Under the pieces are notes generated by a model. It searched no databases. It was not told the origin of the DNA and saw nothing but the letters and a program-made list of their open reading frames with translations. Made by a program: the position numbers and the translations under genes. Of a DNA stretch of 64,000 nt, positions 13,201 to 28,200 are shown one piece after another. Origin of the DNA: Macrostomum lignano (lineage: Eukaryota); assembly GCA_002269645.1 (NCBI GenBank), contig NIVC01002605.1, positions 1 to 64,000 of the forward strand. The letters are read 5' to 3'. How positions within the stretch are numbered: position 1 is the first letter of the stretch; every line of letters starts with the position of its first letter.

Positions 13201-16200
13201 CATGGGTTGCAGGTTCAGTTGCAGGTTTCCTGTAAAAAATCTACATGTAACAGCATTAAGGTTATAAAAAAGTGAATCCACACCTATAGGGGGCCGTAGC
13301 CCAGTGGTCTAGCGCGGCGCTCTTATGTGCCAGCGGCCCAGGCTCGATTCCCAGTGCAGTCGCATTAATTTGTAGCTAAATTGGAATCTCGGCTTGGCTC
13401 TGCTCGTGCAATTAACACCCTTGAGGGCCAACCCCCAAGGCACTGTGAAGTGTACATGCCTAATTAATGATAATAAAGTTAGGGCCGCTGTACACTCCTG
13501 TGTGAGTGTGTGCCTGTGCGTGTGACTGCGTACGTATCCGCGCGCTTGTGTGCCTGCTCAGGGGAGTCGGCGGAATGGGCAGTAATGCCTCTCGCCGGTT
13601 GTGTGACAATGTCGCTTATTAAAGTGCGCCAGGGTCCCTGTCAGACCCTGCCTCTAAAAAAAAATCCATACCCAACCTCAGTACCCAATGTCAGAGCATC
13701 TCAACCCTACCGAGATGACGCAGGCGCTGAAGACGGCCACAACCACAGCGACAACGTTGACAGTGAGCTGGAACTGCAGGAACTTGGAGATCGAGTCATA
13801 CACGTTGCGGCCCCACATAACGGCCTTAACAATGCTGGAGAAGTTGTCGTCAGTCAGAATGATGTCGGAGGCCTCCTTGGCTACGTCGGTGCCCTGGATA
13901 CCCATGGCGAAGCCGACGTCCGCTTTCTTCAAAGCCGGCCCGTCGTTGGTGCCGTCGCCGGTGACGGCGACAACCTCGCGACCGGCGGACATCTTCGAGG
14001 CGATGATGCCGGAGACTAGGGTGTACTTGTCCTGCGGCGAGGAGCGGGCAAGGACGCGGAGCCGAGGCCACACCTGATCAAATCGGTCCTGGGTCACCTG
14101 CGCAGGTTGAAGGTGATTATAATGTTTTCATTTTTTTGCCGTTTGGCACCGTAACGCATTTCGCTTGTCAAACTTGTCAGCCAGACCCATGAGCTAAGGT
14201 CTGCGATGCTATACGCCGGCAACCCCTCTATTCTGATGCAGGAAGGCCCGGGGAACCTTCTCCAAGATGACTCACAAGCCGATCCAAGGGGTTCGCGTCC
14301 CGCATGTTTTCAAGGCAGTCCGGCAGTCCTAGGATTGCTGGACTTGACTTTTCACTTAGCCTTGTTGCATGGGTACGGGTTATCCAGGAAGTGTATCTTT
14401 GCGTACCAGGTGCCAGGGACAGGTGTTACTTTAAGGTTTGACTCAAACAGGCTAAGCGACCAGTCCACAAACCGCGGAAACAGCTTCCTTGTTTCTCTCA
14501 AGGGCCCCGCATAGCAACGCCTAAGACAGAACACATGCTTTTTAGATTTACAACGATCCATATGTCTATATTTTTTAATTCTAAAAATGGAAAAACGCTT
14601 CCTTTTCTTTCTAACTGAAAATTGTCCATACCCTTTAGTTAGAATGCTTCGGATTTGAGGACTGAATAAGCTCTGCATTCATCCCAATAACAAGCGAGGA
14701 ATCTACCGGTTATTCTCACCTGTCCAGTGTTAGGGTCGCGAATTCGCTTGTTGAAGTCCTTGCCCTCCAGCACGAGGAAATTTTCACCCGGTTTCAGAAT
14801 GCCACACTTGGTGGCGATGGACCGGGCCGTGTTGATGTTGTCTCCCGTCACCATGCGGACGCAGATGCCGGCGTTCTGGCATTTGCGAATAGCGGCGGGC
14901 ACCTCTGGCCGCACCGGGTCCTCGATACCGATGACCCCGATGCAGGTCAGCCTTGACACCACCTGGTGTGTTCGGGATGAGTAGCCATTGATAAGCGGAC
15001 GCTTTTAAAACTGACTGAATTTGCCACTCGGCATCTCTTTGAAGCCTGCCACCTTACTAAACAAACAAAGTCACTTCCTTTGAAGTCTGCCGACTTACTA
15101 AACAAACACGCTTATTCCCTTTGAAGTCTGCCGTCTTACTAAACAAACAAAGTCACTTCCTTTGAAGACTGCCGACTTACTAAACAAACACGCTTATTCC
15201 CTTTGAAGTCTGCCGTCTTACTAAACAAACAAAGTCACTTCCTTTGAAGTCTGCCGACTTACTAAACAAACACGCTTATTCCCTTTGAAGTCTGCCGTCT
15301 TACTAAACAAACAAAGTCACTTCCTTTGAAGTCTGCCGACTTACTAAACAAACACGCTTATTCCCTTTGAAGTCTGCCGTCTTACTAAACAAACAAAGTC
15401 ACTTCCTTTGAAGTCTGCCGACTTACTAAACAAACACACTTATTCCCTTTGAAGTCTGCCGACTTACTAAACAAACACACTTATTCCCTTTGAAGTCTGC
15501 CGACTTACTAAACAAACAAAGTCACTTCCTTTGAAGTCTGCCGACTTACTAAACAAACACACTTATTCCCTTTGAAGTCTGCCGACTTACTAAACAAACA
15601 AAGTCACTTCCTTTGAAGTCTGCCGACTTACTAAACAAACACACTCACTCCCTTTGAAGTCTTCCGTCTTACTAAACAAACACGCTCACTCCCTTTGAAG
15701 TCTGCATGCCGCCAATTACAACAGCCTACCTCTTTAGAATGTACGGCATTACAAATTAAACACTCAATCTCTTTCATTCACCAAAAGCGACTCACCTGAT
15801 CCTCATTGTCCCAGTCCGGTTCGCCGTCCAAAGGCACCTCGTTGGGCCCCAGCTGGCCGGAGCCGCGCGGCACGAACTCCTTGAAAGCGATGCCAATCGT
15901 ACGCAGACCGTCGCAGGCCATCGGCTCGATCACCTGGCGGACGATTTGCTCCTGCTCCGGCTTGCCAAACGGCCTTGGCTGGCCCTGGCCGTCCAGGATG
16001 AACGCGCACTTGCTCATGACCATCTCGGAGGCGCCTTTGCAGAACAGGATGTAGCCGCCGCCGGGCCTATTGATCACCGTGGTCATTGACTTGCGCACCG
16101 AGTTGAAGGTGTAGATCTTGTGGATGGCCTCCTCGGGTACCTCGCGTCTGTAGTCGTCATAGTGCTTGCCGAGGTCCAGCACCAGGCCCAGCAGGGCGCA

Positions 16201-19200
16201 TTCGGTCTTGTTGCCCACTTGCTTGGGCAGCTCGTTGGCCACCTCGGCGGGCTGTACATTGGTGTTCAATATAATGTACATTTTGTTGATGTTCAATATA
16301 GGCAATGTACATTGAAATCATGATACTGGATGTAGTTTAAGTGACATTTCCCAATTTTTTGAGATATTTTTAGAGGCGCTTTATGACATTGTTAAGATTG
16401 GCTCGACATTGTTGAGGTTCCTTCTAGGAATTGTTCATGGTTGCTTCAGGGCATCATCAGTTACGAGCCGTAGGATTGATTCTTAGTAGTAGTTGTGACT
16501 CAAGCGATTGGGACCGAATCTAGCTCAAAAAGATAATTCCGGACAGTGCAATGACTCTCGCTAAAGCTACAGGTGGGCCTGAAATGATGAAGGAACTGCA
16601 GGTTTCGACACAAAAGCTCAAAGCTTAAACAAGCAGTCTGCCTCGAGGCCGTCTTAGCCTGCTAATCCCCAGCCAATCGCCCACAAAGGCAGCGCTTTGG
16701 AAAAAGAGAAAATTGGGAATAAAATTGATTCCGACCGCATCGTCAAACTTGAGGAATAAGAAAATGAAAAGAACATTGGCTCACCAAAATCCGCGACGTG
16801 TAGCCGCTATTAACTGAAATTGCTTTGCAAAGCATTTCGCTAATCTCTTTGGGATAGTCGCTGTACTTCTTGGTAATCTTCTTCTCCAGGGCCCCTGCGG
16901 TGGAATTATGATTAACGAGTTCGAGTAATTCAGGCGATCTTTGTTGCTTTGATTTGATGAGTCCCAGGTTCGATTCTTATTTTGAAAGCAAAATATTGTT
17001 TTTTCATGCGGTAAAAACTTAAGGAGAGTTGAAGTGTGGAATTTTAGCTCGTAGTATTTGACGTTTTCAAGGTGATTCTGGAAAGAGGACAGGGGATTTC
17101 GGACAGGGACTTCGGACAGGGGATTTCGGACAGGGGATTTCGGACAGGGGATTTTGGACAAGGGATTTCGGACAGGGGATTTCGGACAGGGATTTCGGAC
17201 AGGGGATTTCGGACAGGGGATTTTGGACAAGGGATTTCGGACAGGGGATTTCGGACAGGGATTTCGGACAGGAATTTCGGACAGGGATTTCGGACAGGGA
17301 TTTCGGACGGGGATTTCGGACAGAGGATTTCGGATGGGGATTTCGGAAGGGGATTTCGAACAGGGGATTTTGGACAGCGGATTTCGGACAAGGGATTCTC
17401 AAGGGTTCAAGAGATTAAGGCGAGGGGATTTTAGGGAGTGAATTTGTTGTTGGCTTTGTCGAGTGAATTTCAGCCACTCACCTCCCAGGTACACCTGAAC
17501 GGCAGTCATCCTGTTAGTAGTCAAAGTGCCAGTCTTGTCTGAACAGATTGCTGTAGCATTGCCCATGGTCTCGCAGGCGTCCAGATGCCGCACCAAGTTG
17601 TTGTCCTTCATCATCTTCTTGACTGAGTAAGCCAGAGAGAGGGTGACAGCCAGCGGCAAGCCTTCGGGCACGGCGACCACGATCACGGTGACGGAGATGA
17701 TGACGAAGTCGATAAACTTCTGCAGGTCGCGGGTGAAGTTAAACTCCAGGCCGGCTCCGGTTGGCGGCTGGGCGAAGGTCAGCACGCAGTACTTGATGAT
17801 GAGGACAAGGAAGGTCACAGCGCCGATCAGCGAGCCGACGTTGCCTATCCGGATGGCCAAGCTGGTGAGCTTGGCCTGCAGGATGCTCTTCTCCTTGCTT
17901 GACGAGTACTTTTTCTTCTTCTCTTCGTCGTCCACGTGATTGGTGGCGCCGTCGCCCCCGGCTGGCGAGGAACCGGCGGCGCCGCTCACAGCAGTCAGCT
18001 GTACAGCTTCGGGATCTGCCGTGGGCAGGGATTGGCGAGTTGTAAGCACCTGGGACAGGTAATTGTGTCAGCACCTGGGACAGGTAACTGTGTCAGCACC
18101 TGGGACAGGTAACTGTGTCAGCACCTGGGACAGGTAACTGTGTCAGCACCTGGGACAGATAACTGTGTCAGCACCTGGGACAGGTAACTGTGTCAGCACC
18201 TGGGACAGGTAACTGTGTCAGCACCTGGGACAGGTAACTGTGTCAGAACCTGGGACAGGTAACTGTGTCAGCACCTGGGACAGATTGCTTTATAAATAAA
18301 CCGATAAGCAAACACTTCAAGCATATATTCGAAGGCACAGTTTGCTAGGAAATGGCGGAACAAAACTATACCAGAGCTCGTGCAAAAAGCATTAAAATTT
18401 TCAGAAGATCACTCAGTACACTTCAAATCGATATAGTGTTGAAAATTTCTCTGTGTCCACTGCTAATTCACGTCTAGAAATCATTTAAATAGAATTGTAA
18501 ATAATACACAGCAGGAATAACAAGCTACTTTAAGTAGCTTTACTGCTGTTTTAGTCGGAGAAAACACAAAGATGTTTCACGCTTCAACAATATAAATTAT
18601 TCTAGTTGGAGATTTAGCCGCGCCTCAGTCAGACCTGAGCTGAGAACTAATATTGAGCGCAGGGAAGGGGGGTGAGCTGCATGCGTTCGAGGCGTTAGTT
18701 GAAGAGCAGACAAACTTATGCTTGGGTCCGGGAGGGGGGGGGCAAATTCCCGTGTGGGGATATTTTTAGCCAGCGGATCGGTAATTAATTCGGCATCAGA
18801 ATTAAGGGATAACAAAAACTGCATGCTGGGGGGGGGGAGTGTTCAGCCTGAGATGCCGGAAAAAAGATTCAGAAGAGAGAGAGAGGGAAACGGAGGAGGC
18901 AGAGCCAACGAAGAAGGTGTGCGTGCAGTCGGTAGAAAATGAATCCCTCGACTCATTCCAGGGCAACCAGGCTTTGCTGCCGCATGGGCTGGCAGGTTGC
19001 GATGGGGCAAGGGGGAGAATTCGCATGGGATTTCTAGCCCACTGCCTAGCCAAATAGGCCATGAGGAAAATTTTCGGCCAGCAAGGCTTGAGCTTGTTCC
19101 GTTTTCCCATCCCGTCAGGGCCATTCTCGACGCATAATATTGCGCCAAAATCATTATTTCCCTTTCATTTGGCTACTCAACTCAGCTGCCAATGCCGGGG

Positions 19201-22200
19201 GTGGGGGCGACAGAGCAGACAAAGCTGTCGAGAATAGGATTAAATCCCCGCTGCTGCCTTGCCCCATCCTAAATCCCCGAGCACACTCGAATGAATCAGC
19301 TGCTGCTAGTTGGGCCAAAATCTTCTCAAGTAATTTGCCTTGATTTGACTTTGGCAGGAATCTGGGCCTCCGCTTGGCTGTGCTGCATCTATTGCCTATG
19401 GGTACCTCATTTATTGCCCACAGGCCAATAAGCTGCTTCTGAAACCAATTCTGCGCATTGCGGATTGATGTTGGAATTGTTATTTCTGTGCCATGTCTGT
19501 GTCTGTGTCTGTGCCTGTGTCTGTGCCATGTCTGTATCTGTATCTGTGCCATGTCTGTGTCTGTGTCTGTGTCTGTGTCTGTGCCATGTCTGTATCTGTA
19601 TCTGTGCCATGTCTGTGTCTGTGTCTGTATCTGTGCCATGTCTGTATCTGTGTCTGTGCCATGTCTGTGTCTGTGCCTGTGTCATGTCTGTGTCTGTGTC
19701 TGTGCCTGTGTCTGTGCCATGTCTGTATCTGTGTCTGTGCCATGTCTGTATCTGTGTCTGTGCCATGTCTGTGTCTGTGCCTGTGTCATGTCTGTGTCTG
19801 TGTCTGTGCCTGTGTCTGTGCCATGTCTGTATCTGTGTCTGTGCCATGTCTGTATCTGTGTCTGTGCCATGTCTGTGTCTGTGCCTGTGTCATGTCTGTG
19901 TCTGTGCCTGTGTCATGTCTGTGCCTGTGTCATGTCTGTGTCTGCGCTAGTGTCTCTGTTTTTTTTGTGTATTTTCCAGTAATTTGACGGTCTGTGCCTG
20001 TATGTTGAAGGTTTGTGCCTGTATGTTGAAGGTCTGTGCCTGTATGTTGATGGTCTGTGCCTGTATGCTGATGGTCTGTGCCTGTATGCTGATGGTCTGT
20101 GCATGTATGTTGATGGTCTGTGCCTGCATGCTGATGGTCTGTACCTGTATGCTGATGGTCTGTGCATGTATGCTGATGGTCTGTGCCTGTATGCTGATGG
20201 TCTGTACCTGCATGCTGATGGTCTGTACCTGTATGCTGAAGGTCTGTGCCTGTATGCTGATGGTCTGTGCCTGTATGCTGATGGTCTGTGCCTGTATGCT
20301 GATGGTCTGTGCATGTATGTTGATGGTCTGTGCCTGTATGCTGATGGTCTCTGCCTGTATGTTGATGGTCTGTGCCTGTATGCTGATGGTCTGTGCCTGT
20401 ATGCTGATGGTCTGTGCCTGTATGCTGATGGTCTCTGCCTGTATGTTGATGGTCTGTACCTGTATGCTGATGGTCTGTGCCTGTATGCTGATGGTCTGTG
20501 CATGTATGTTGAAGGTCTGTGCCTGCATGCTGATGGTCTGTACCTGTATGCTGATGGTCTGTGCATGTATGCTGATAGTCTGTGCATGTATGTTGAAGGT
20601 CTGTGCCTGCATGCTGATGGTCTGTACCTGTATGCTGATGGTCTGTGCATGTATGCTGATAGTCTGTGCATGTATGTTGAAGGTCTGTGCCTGCATGCTG
20701 ATGGTCTGTACCTGTATGCTGATGGTCTGTGCATGTATGCTGATAGTCTGTGCCTGTATGCTGATGGTCTGTGCATGTATGTTGAATGTCTGTGCCTGTA
20801 TTCTGATGGTCTGTACCTGTATGCTGATGGTCTGTGCATGTATGCTGATGGTCTTTGCCTGTATGCTGACGGTCTGTGCCTGTATGCTGATGGTCTGTGC
20901 CTGTCTATCCTAGCCAAATTCCTTGCAGGCATGTCCTTTGCTTGCCCCTCAATACTTTACTGCGTCTTTCAACTCAAAGCCAGCTCAAATAATAGCTAGT
21001 GCTCACTACGAGCTACATCTAGATAATTCTAAAAAATGCTTTCCTTCCGTCCTTCTCTCTCTACTCCATCCATCCTCTTAATCCCCATTAGCTTTTTATC
21101 CCTATCAGCTGGGATGCAGCCTCGCTCAGCCTTATCCGCCCTGTCACAAAGAGTCAAAACCATAGCATTGAGTAGCGGCTAGTGTTTCCCTATACAAAGC
21201 CCCGGGGGGAGCGACCCCGTGATTATGATTAGTTATAGCATGGCAAAAAAAGTGAAGCGCAAGCCTTTTTTAAGATGCGATCAATCGGGACTCGATAAAA
21301 ATAGGCGGAACTGCCGCCGCTTCCTACACCTTCGTACTAATTAAGGATGTTCAACTAAAATAAAACTATATATTATTGACTGATTAGGCAGCCTGGTGGA
21401 TTGCGGACAACCCTACCAGGCTCTACTCACGCGGCGCACTTTGCTCGGCTGGAATAGAAGCAGAAATGTAGGGCAAGCTTATTTTTATTGCTTTTCTTGT
21501 GGCGATCTTTTTGCTGGCTAATATTTAGCTTAGTTATTTACTGAGTGCCCCTGCGGCTGCTCGGCTATAGTTTCAAGAGAGAGGCACTGGAGAGATGAAG
21601 ATGTCAGAGTCTGTGCGAGCGGGTTGGAAATTGGAAATGACAGTCTGGGTTCTTGAGGTGAAGGGAACGTTTCATAAGCTCGAAAATTCATATCGTCGAC
21701 ACGTCTTGCTTGTTGCTTTTCGAGCTCGTGAAAGCGGCCCATGTCACGAACTAAACTTCATGCATGAAATATAAATTCTACGAATCGCCTTGTATGCTGC
21801 ACTCGTTTGTTAACTTGCTTTCTGATACGCAAAAATAGGCTCGTCAAATTTATTAATTTGCGTACCGTTCGGCTTGTCGTTAGCGGATCTTTTCTGCGCC
21901 TGCGCCGGTGCCGGCTTGTCGTCACCGTCAGCGCCTTCGGCCTCGCCGGTGGCGCCGAGCAGGCTGAAGATGATGCCAGCCTGGGAGTTGATGCCGACAG
22001 CTGTCACTATCATTCGGCCGGAGCCTTCCATCACGTTGGTGCCTGTAGAGTTTTTAAGATGCGTTACAGAGTGTCGTTAATATCATGAGATCTAAAGGCT
22101 GACATTTGCACTTGTAAATAAATCAGACGTTTGGAGAAACCTGCTTTCCTCAGTTATTCAGTTGAATCAGTTTTCACTTCAACTTGCGCCACTAGTGCCC

Positions 22201-25200
22201 TACTTCAGATTTCGATGTGTTTTCGGGTGACGAGAGCTGTATATGCCATATAACAGTCATGAAACTGATAAGCGGAGAGAGCAGCGCCCTTGGTACAGTG
22301 TTTTCGGGTGACGAGAGCTGTATTAGAGGCCATATAACAGTCATGAAACTGATAAGCGGAGAGAGCAGCGCCCTTGGTACAGTGTTTTCGGGTGACGAGA
22401 GCTGTATTGGAGGCCATAAAACAGTCATGAAACAGATAAGCGGAGAGAGCAGCGCCCTTGGTACAGTGTTTTCGGGTGACGAGAGCTGTATTAGAGGCCA
22501 TATAACAGTCATGAAACTGATAAGCGGAGAGAGCAGCGCCCTTGGTACAGTGTTTTCGGGTGACGAGAGCTGTATTGGAGGCCATAAAACAGTCATGAAA
22601 CTGATAAGCGGAGAGAGCAGCGCCCTTGGTACAGTGTTTTCGGGTGACGAGAGCTGTATTGGAGGCCATAAAACAGTCATGAAACAGATAAGCGGAGAGA
22701 GCAGCGCCCTTGGTACAGTGTTTTCGGGTGACGAGAGCTGTATTGGAGGCCAGTCATAAAACTGATAAGTAACGCCTTTGTTTGTGTTGCTGTTGATAAG
22801 CACGACTGAGAACTGCACAAGAATGCTTTTTTATGAAGAAACTCAGAAATCTTAAAAGTTGCGATTGTAATTCAAAAGCTTGCAATGCGAGCGTGGATCG
22901 AAAAAAAGGGAAAACATTTTTCGCAGTTCAGACAGCCTAGGCCTCAACTGCCTGCAGCCGTGACCCAGTGCTTATGCATCACAGCATACGCAAAACATCC
23001 AGCCGAAATGAAAGATTATTATTAGAAAGACTGCTAGGAGTTTCAAATACTATATATTCTTACACATACGCCTAGGGCGCATAAGAAAACAGGGGAATCG
23101 ATATGCGTAAAAAATTCACCCCATATCGACTGCTGGGTAAAGAGGGCAAAGTGGATTCCGAAATTCCAATAGCCAGACTGTTCTCTCCGAAAGTCGCAGC
23201 AGTGCTGACAAAATGCCGGAGCTGTCGCCAGGATGCCGCCCCCTCCGCCCCCTATCCCTTAAACCCGACCCCCCCCCAGGCAGCGGTGAAGACGGAAGGG
23301 GGGTGAAAGTCGAGAGGGAAACTGCGGGAGGGGCGGGCGGGCGGTGGCTCTTCTTCGGCGACGACAGCCACATTGACTTTCTTCTTTCTTTCCCTTTCCT
23401 CTTCATCTCGCTTCGATTCGCTCGGCTGATGGCAGCGCGGACCAGCTGCTGAAGTGGTGGCCGCCCCCCCCCACCTCGGCGGGGTCAGCTGTGCTGTGCG
23501 CACCGGCTCGCCTACCGCCAAGGAAAGGTAGCTTAGCTGAGATGAACGCAGACGAACTAAGGTCGGCAAGAACTTTTGGCAGGAAAAAGGAGGCACCTCC
23601 CCCCTCCCCCCTAATTAGAGCTGCCGCCGCATGGGCTGGCTAGGTAAGGCAAGACGGGGGCGGGGTTTTCTGGGATGGAACGGGGAGCTGGAAGGAAGAT
23701 TAACCCAGTCTGTAAGCATCCTAAAACATCGGCATCTTCCTCTGATGCTTCAAACGTCTGCCCAGTCTCTCTCCAGACTCTGACAGCAGAGTTTTATCAG
23801 CTTGGGAGAAGTTCGGGTATAGCTTGGACAGAGGTGGCGGCGGGCGGTTAGAGGGAACGCTGACACAAGACTGTCTCTAAGCGAACGTCGAACGGCGATA
23901 ACGATGAGTGGGTCTCTTCTTGGGGGGGGGGAGTTTAGAAGATTTTGTTCAAACAATCTTCTGCGGGGGCCGATGGCAAAGTCAATATAGTCGTAGTTCC
24001 CGGATGTGTCTCAACTCTCTCTCAGTCAATCTTTCTGTCTGCTTACTTCAGTTTTACTAGTTCCTTCGCCAGAACGTAAAAAGCATTTTCTAAAATTTTC
24101 AGGCTTACTTGAGTATTTGCAAGTAACTTTGTGATTCTATAGACGATTTCTAAGTAACACGAATCAGATTTAATTAATTATTGGACTAATCAATCAGACA
24201 GGGAGACAAGCAATCAATCTGTCACTCTTTGTGTAACAATTTCTCTGTAATCTCTTTAGTTAGTCATTCTGTAAGTAATTCAGTCATTCTGTAAGTAATG
24301 TAGTCATTCTGTAAGTAATGCAGTCATTCTGTAAGTAATGCAGTCATTCTGTAAGTAATGCAGTCATTCTGTAAGTCATTCTGTAAGTAATGTAGTCATT
24401 CTGTAAGTAATGTAGTCATTCTGTAAGTAATGTAGTCATTCTGTAAGTAATGTAGTCATTCTGTAAGTAATGTAGTCATTCTGTAAGTAATTCAGTCATT
24501 CTGTAAGTAATGTAGTCATTCTGTAAGTAATGCAGTCATTCTGTAAGTAATGCAGTCATTCTGTAAGTCATTCAGTCATTCTGTAAGTCATTCTGTAAGT
24601 AATATAGTCATTCTGTAAGTAATGCAGTCATTCTGTAAGTAATGCAGTCATTCTGTAAGTCATTCAGTCATTCTGTAAGTCATTCTGTAAGTAATGTAGT
24701 CATTCTGTAAGTAATGTAGTCATTCTGTAAGTAATGTAGTCATTCTGTAAGTAATGTAGTCATTCTGTAAGTAATGTAGTCATTCTGTAAGTAATTCAGT
24801 CATTCTGTACGTCATTCACGACATTCAGCCATTCTTTGATTTAAGTGAAATTTAAATCCAAGCGTCTGCTAACAGCTAAAAACGTCAGAATTTCGAGCTC
24901 ACCAGACATCAAAATGGGATCCCGATCCTCGCCCTTCTTCACGTGGTCGCTTTCTCCAGTGAGACTGCTCTCGTCTACCTTGAGATCGTTGCTCTGTATG
25001 ATGATGCCGTCGGCGGGCAGGGCATCGCCGTACTTCACCTGGCAGATGTCGCCGACAACGATATCGTTGACCAGCACCTTGGACACCTGGCCATTGCGGA
25101 TGACATCGAACAGGTGCTCCTGCTCGAGCTTGGCCTGCAGTCCGCGGAACTGCCGCTCCTTGCTCCAGTCGTTGAATGCCGTCACTAGCACCACGACCAC

Positions 25201-28200
25201 CACGGCGAAGGCGATGGCGACTCCCTCGATCCAGCCGGCCTGCTCCTCGCTGTCGTCTCCGTGAGTCTCGCCGGGCGTCTTAGTGCGGACTGCGGGGAAG
25301 AGAGAGAGCGTGGATTTCTGCACCCTCAATGACGTCATTTCCGCCTCCTTTCCTGCAGTCACTTCCGCCCACTCCCTGCAACCGGCAAACCCACTCACTG
25401 CAACCGGCAAAGCCACATTCCCTGCAACCGGCAAACCCACTCACTGCAACCGGCAAATCCACTCACTGCAACCGGCAAACCCACTCACTGCAACCGGCAA
25501 AGCCACTCACTGTAACCGGCAAACCCACTCACTGCAACCGGCAAACCCACTCACTTCAACCGGCAAATCCACTCACTGCAACCGGCAAATCCACTCACTG
25601 CAACCGGCAAACCCACTCACTGCAACCGGCAAACCCACTCACTGCAACCGGCAAAGCCACTCACTGCAACCGGCAAAGCCACTCACTGCAACCGGCAAAG
25701 CCACTCGCTGCAACCGGCAAAGCCACTCACTGCAACCGGCAAAGCCACTCCCACAGACCCAAACACTCACACTTTTGATACAGCGAGATGGCCAGGGACA
25801 CAAGCGCGCAGACAATCAGCATAATCAGCGTGTAGTCCTGCATCGCTTCGAGCGCCAGCTGTAAAAAAGTCTTTGGCGGCTTCGGCGGGATCATGTTGGC
25901 GCCGAACGCCTGCTTCCGGCTGGGCACTTCGCTCTCGTTGATTCCTGCACAATGGGGTGCATGATTCGGGCTTGAAATTAGACCCCCATTCACTCAGCAC
26001 TGCACTATTCGCTCGCGGGCTATCAATCAAGTAAATATGGGAGTCCCACACTGAAAGATGAAGACATACACTGCGTACCTAGGGCTCTCACGCATTTTGG
26101 ACTTTTTAGATTGAGGTTTTGTACTTCCCTATAAAATTTCAGCTTTAAAAAGTTTAATACGCTACATATCGTTACTTAACTCGCGAGAAGTTCTACATTA
26201 AGCGGTGTATAAACTAGCACATTAAATCTTGATATTAGGCTGAAAAATGGAATAATAAATATTGAAATATTGAAAGCATGCAGCCACGATCATTAGGTCT
26301 AAATAAATCTGTGTTTTGAACCTTACAAGATAGATGTCAAAGCTAAATTTGAAGATTGATCATACAGCTCGAGTCCCCAAAACTGGCACTTTGTGGGGAG
26401 GAGGTTGGTTAACAAATCGATTGATTTTTCTGTTAGCGAGGTCAGACATGGGTGGGGGGCACACCAATTCGTGTTTACAAGTCTCTTGCCGGCTTCTCCG
26501 TCAGTCTCTTTGCAGTGCGTGTGAAGTGTGTGTAACTGTGCGCTTTCTGGCTGTGATTTCCCTGCCATACCAAAGTGCATGTTTTCCTCAGTCAGGGTGG
26601 GGGGGCTGCAGGGAAAAAAGGGAGAAAAATCCCCTTATTGCCACTTATAGATCCCAAATATATTAGTTATGCATGCGAGCAGACGAGTCAGATTAGAAGG
26701 TGCAGGAAATCAGTTGACACACAGAAAAAAGTTGACAGAGAGGTGAGTGGGCAAAGTTTGTCTAACATGATTAGATAATGTCAAAGCGTTGCGCCTCGCA
26801 AGATTTCGCTTGAGCATAGTGAAAGAGACTCAGTTTTCATTTGACGCACTCAATCCACTCTACAGGCCTCTGCCTCTCCCATAGGCGAAATGGGAAACAA
26901 GCAGTGGGAGAGCAAAGTGCCCCCGTTATTTTTGGGATAACTCCAGCATCCCAGGAAGAAATGGGAACTACTAGTATAGCAAAGGCCGTCTATCTCATCT
27001 GGCAGTGAACAAGGGCGGCATTTATTCAATATATGCATATCGCTCGCTCCTAACCCTGCTGGTCCCGGCAACCGCCCTCCCCCCCCCCCCGCGGGAGAGG
27101 AGAGGCATCGGGCGAACCGACCGAATAGGCTACGAGCTTATATGGGAAGCCGCAGAACCAGCAGAGGGCAGCGGACGCGTGATTTATATCTCCACTTGGC
27201 GGGCCTTTTTGGGTGGAAATAGGCCAGGGCAAAATGGCTACACATCCAGCCGGCCTCCAGATATGGGAACGATGAAATAATCCTATTGAGACTAGCTGGG
27301 GTAAATTTTCCCAAATACGAGTCACGGAGAGGGATCAGCAAGCTTGCAGTGCTCTCAGTGCGTACTTTTAGTTGGTAGCGGCTATTAGAGCAAGTGTAGG
27401 TATCAGATGCCAAATTTTGTTGTCCGACATAGTGATCAGCTGATACTGGGAAGGGGAGTTGACAGTGGACAAGGAGAGTAGACAGTAGGGAGACAGCTGG
27501 TGTAGACGGTAGGGAAGGGAGGGGTAGACAGTAGGGATACTGGTGTAGCCGGTAGGGAAGGGAAGGGTAGACAGTAGGGATACTGGTGTAGCCGGTAGGG
27601 AAGGGAGGGGTAGACAGTAGGGAGACTGGCGTAGCCGGTAGGGAAGGGAGGGGTAGACAGTAGGGATACTGGTGTAGCCGGTAGGGAAGGGAAGGGTAGA
27701 CAGTAGGGATACTGGTGTAGACGGTAGGGAAGGGAGGGGTAGACAGTAGGGATACTGGTGTAGCCGGTAGGGAAGGGAAGGGTAGACAGTAGGGATACTG
27801 GTGTAGCCGGTAGGGAAGGGAGGGGTAGACAGTAGGGAGACTGGTGTAGCCGGTAGGGAAGGGAGGGGTAGACAGTAGGGATACTGGTGTAGCCGGTAGG
27901 GAAGGGAGGGGTAGACAGTAGGGATACTGGTGTAGCCGGTAGGGAAGGGAGGGGTAGACAGTAGGGAGACTGGTGTAGCCGGTAGGGAAGGGAGGGGTAG
28001 ACAGTAGTGAAGGGTAGACAGTAGGGAAGGGTAGACAGCAGGGAAGGGTAGACAGTAGGGAAGGGTAGACAGCAGGGAAGGGTAGACAGTAGGGAAGGGA
28101 TGGGTAGACAGTAGGAAAGGGATGGGTAGACAATAGGGAGGGGTAGACAGTAGGGAAGGGTAGACAGTAGGGAAGGGATGGGTAGACAGTAGGAAAGGGA

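Noticed and set aside
13289-13362. tRNA gene
   Set aside because: A and B boxes are present but the 5' and 3' ends do not pair as an acceptor stem. The sequence continues into a body and A-tail, so I called it a SINE.
19154-20999. Long ORFs of up to 339 aa (HRPSAYR, CLYADGL, QAQT repeats)
   Set aside because: They are translations of intronic minisatellites, open in several frames on both strands, and lie within a PMCA intron.
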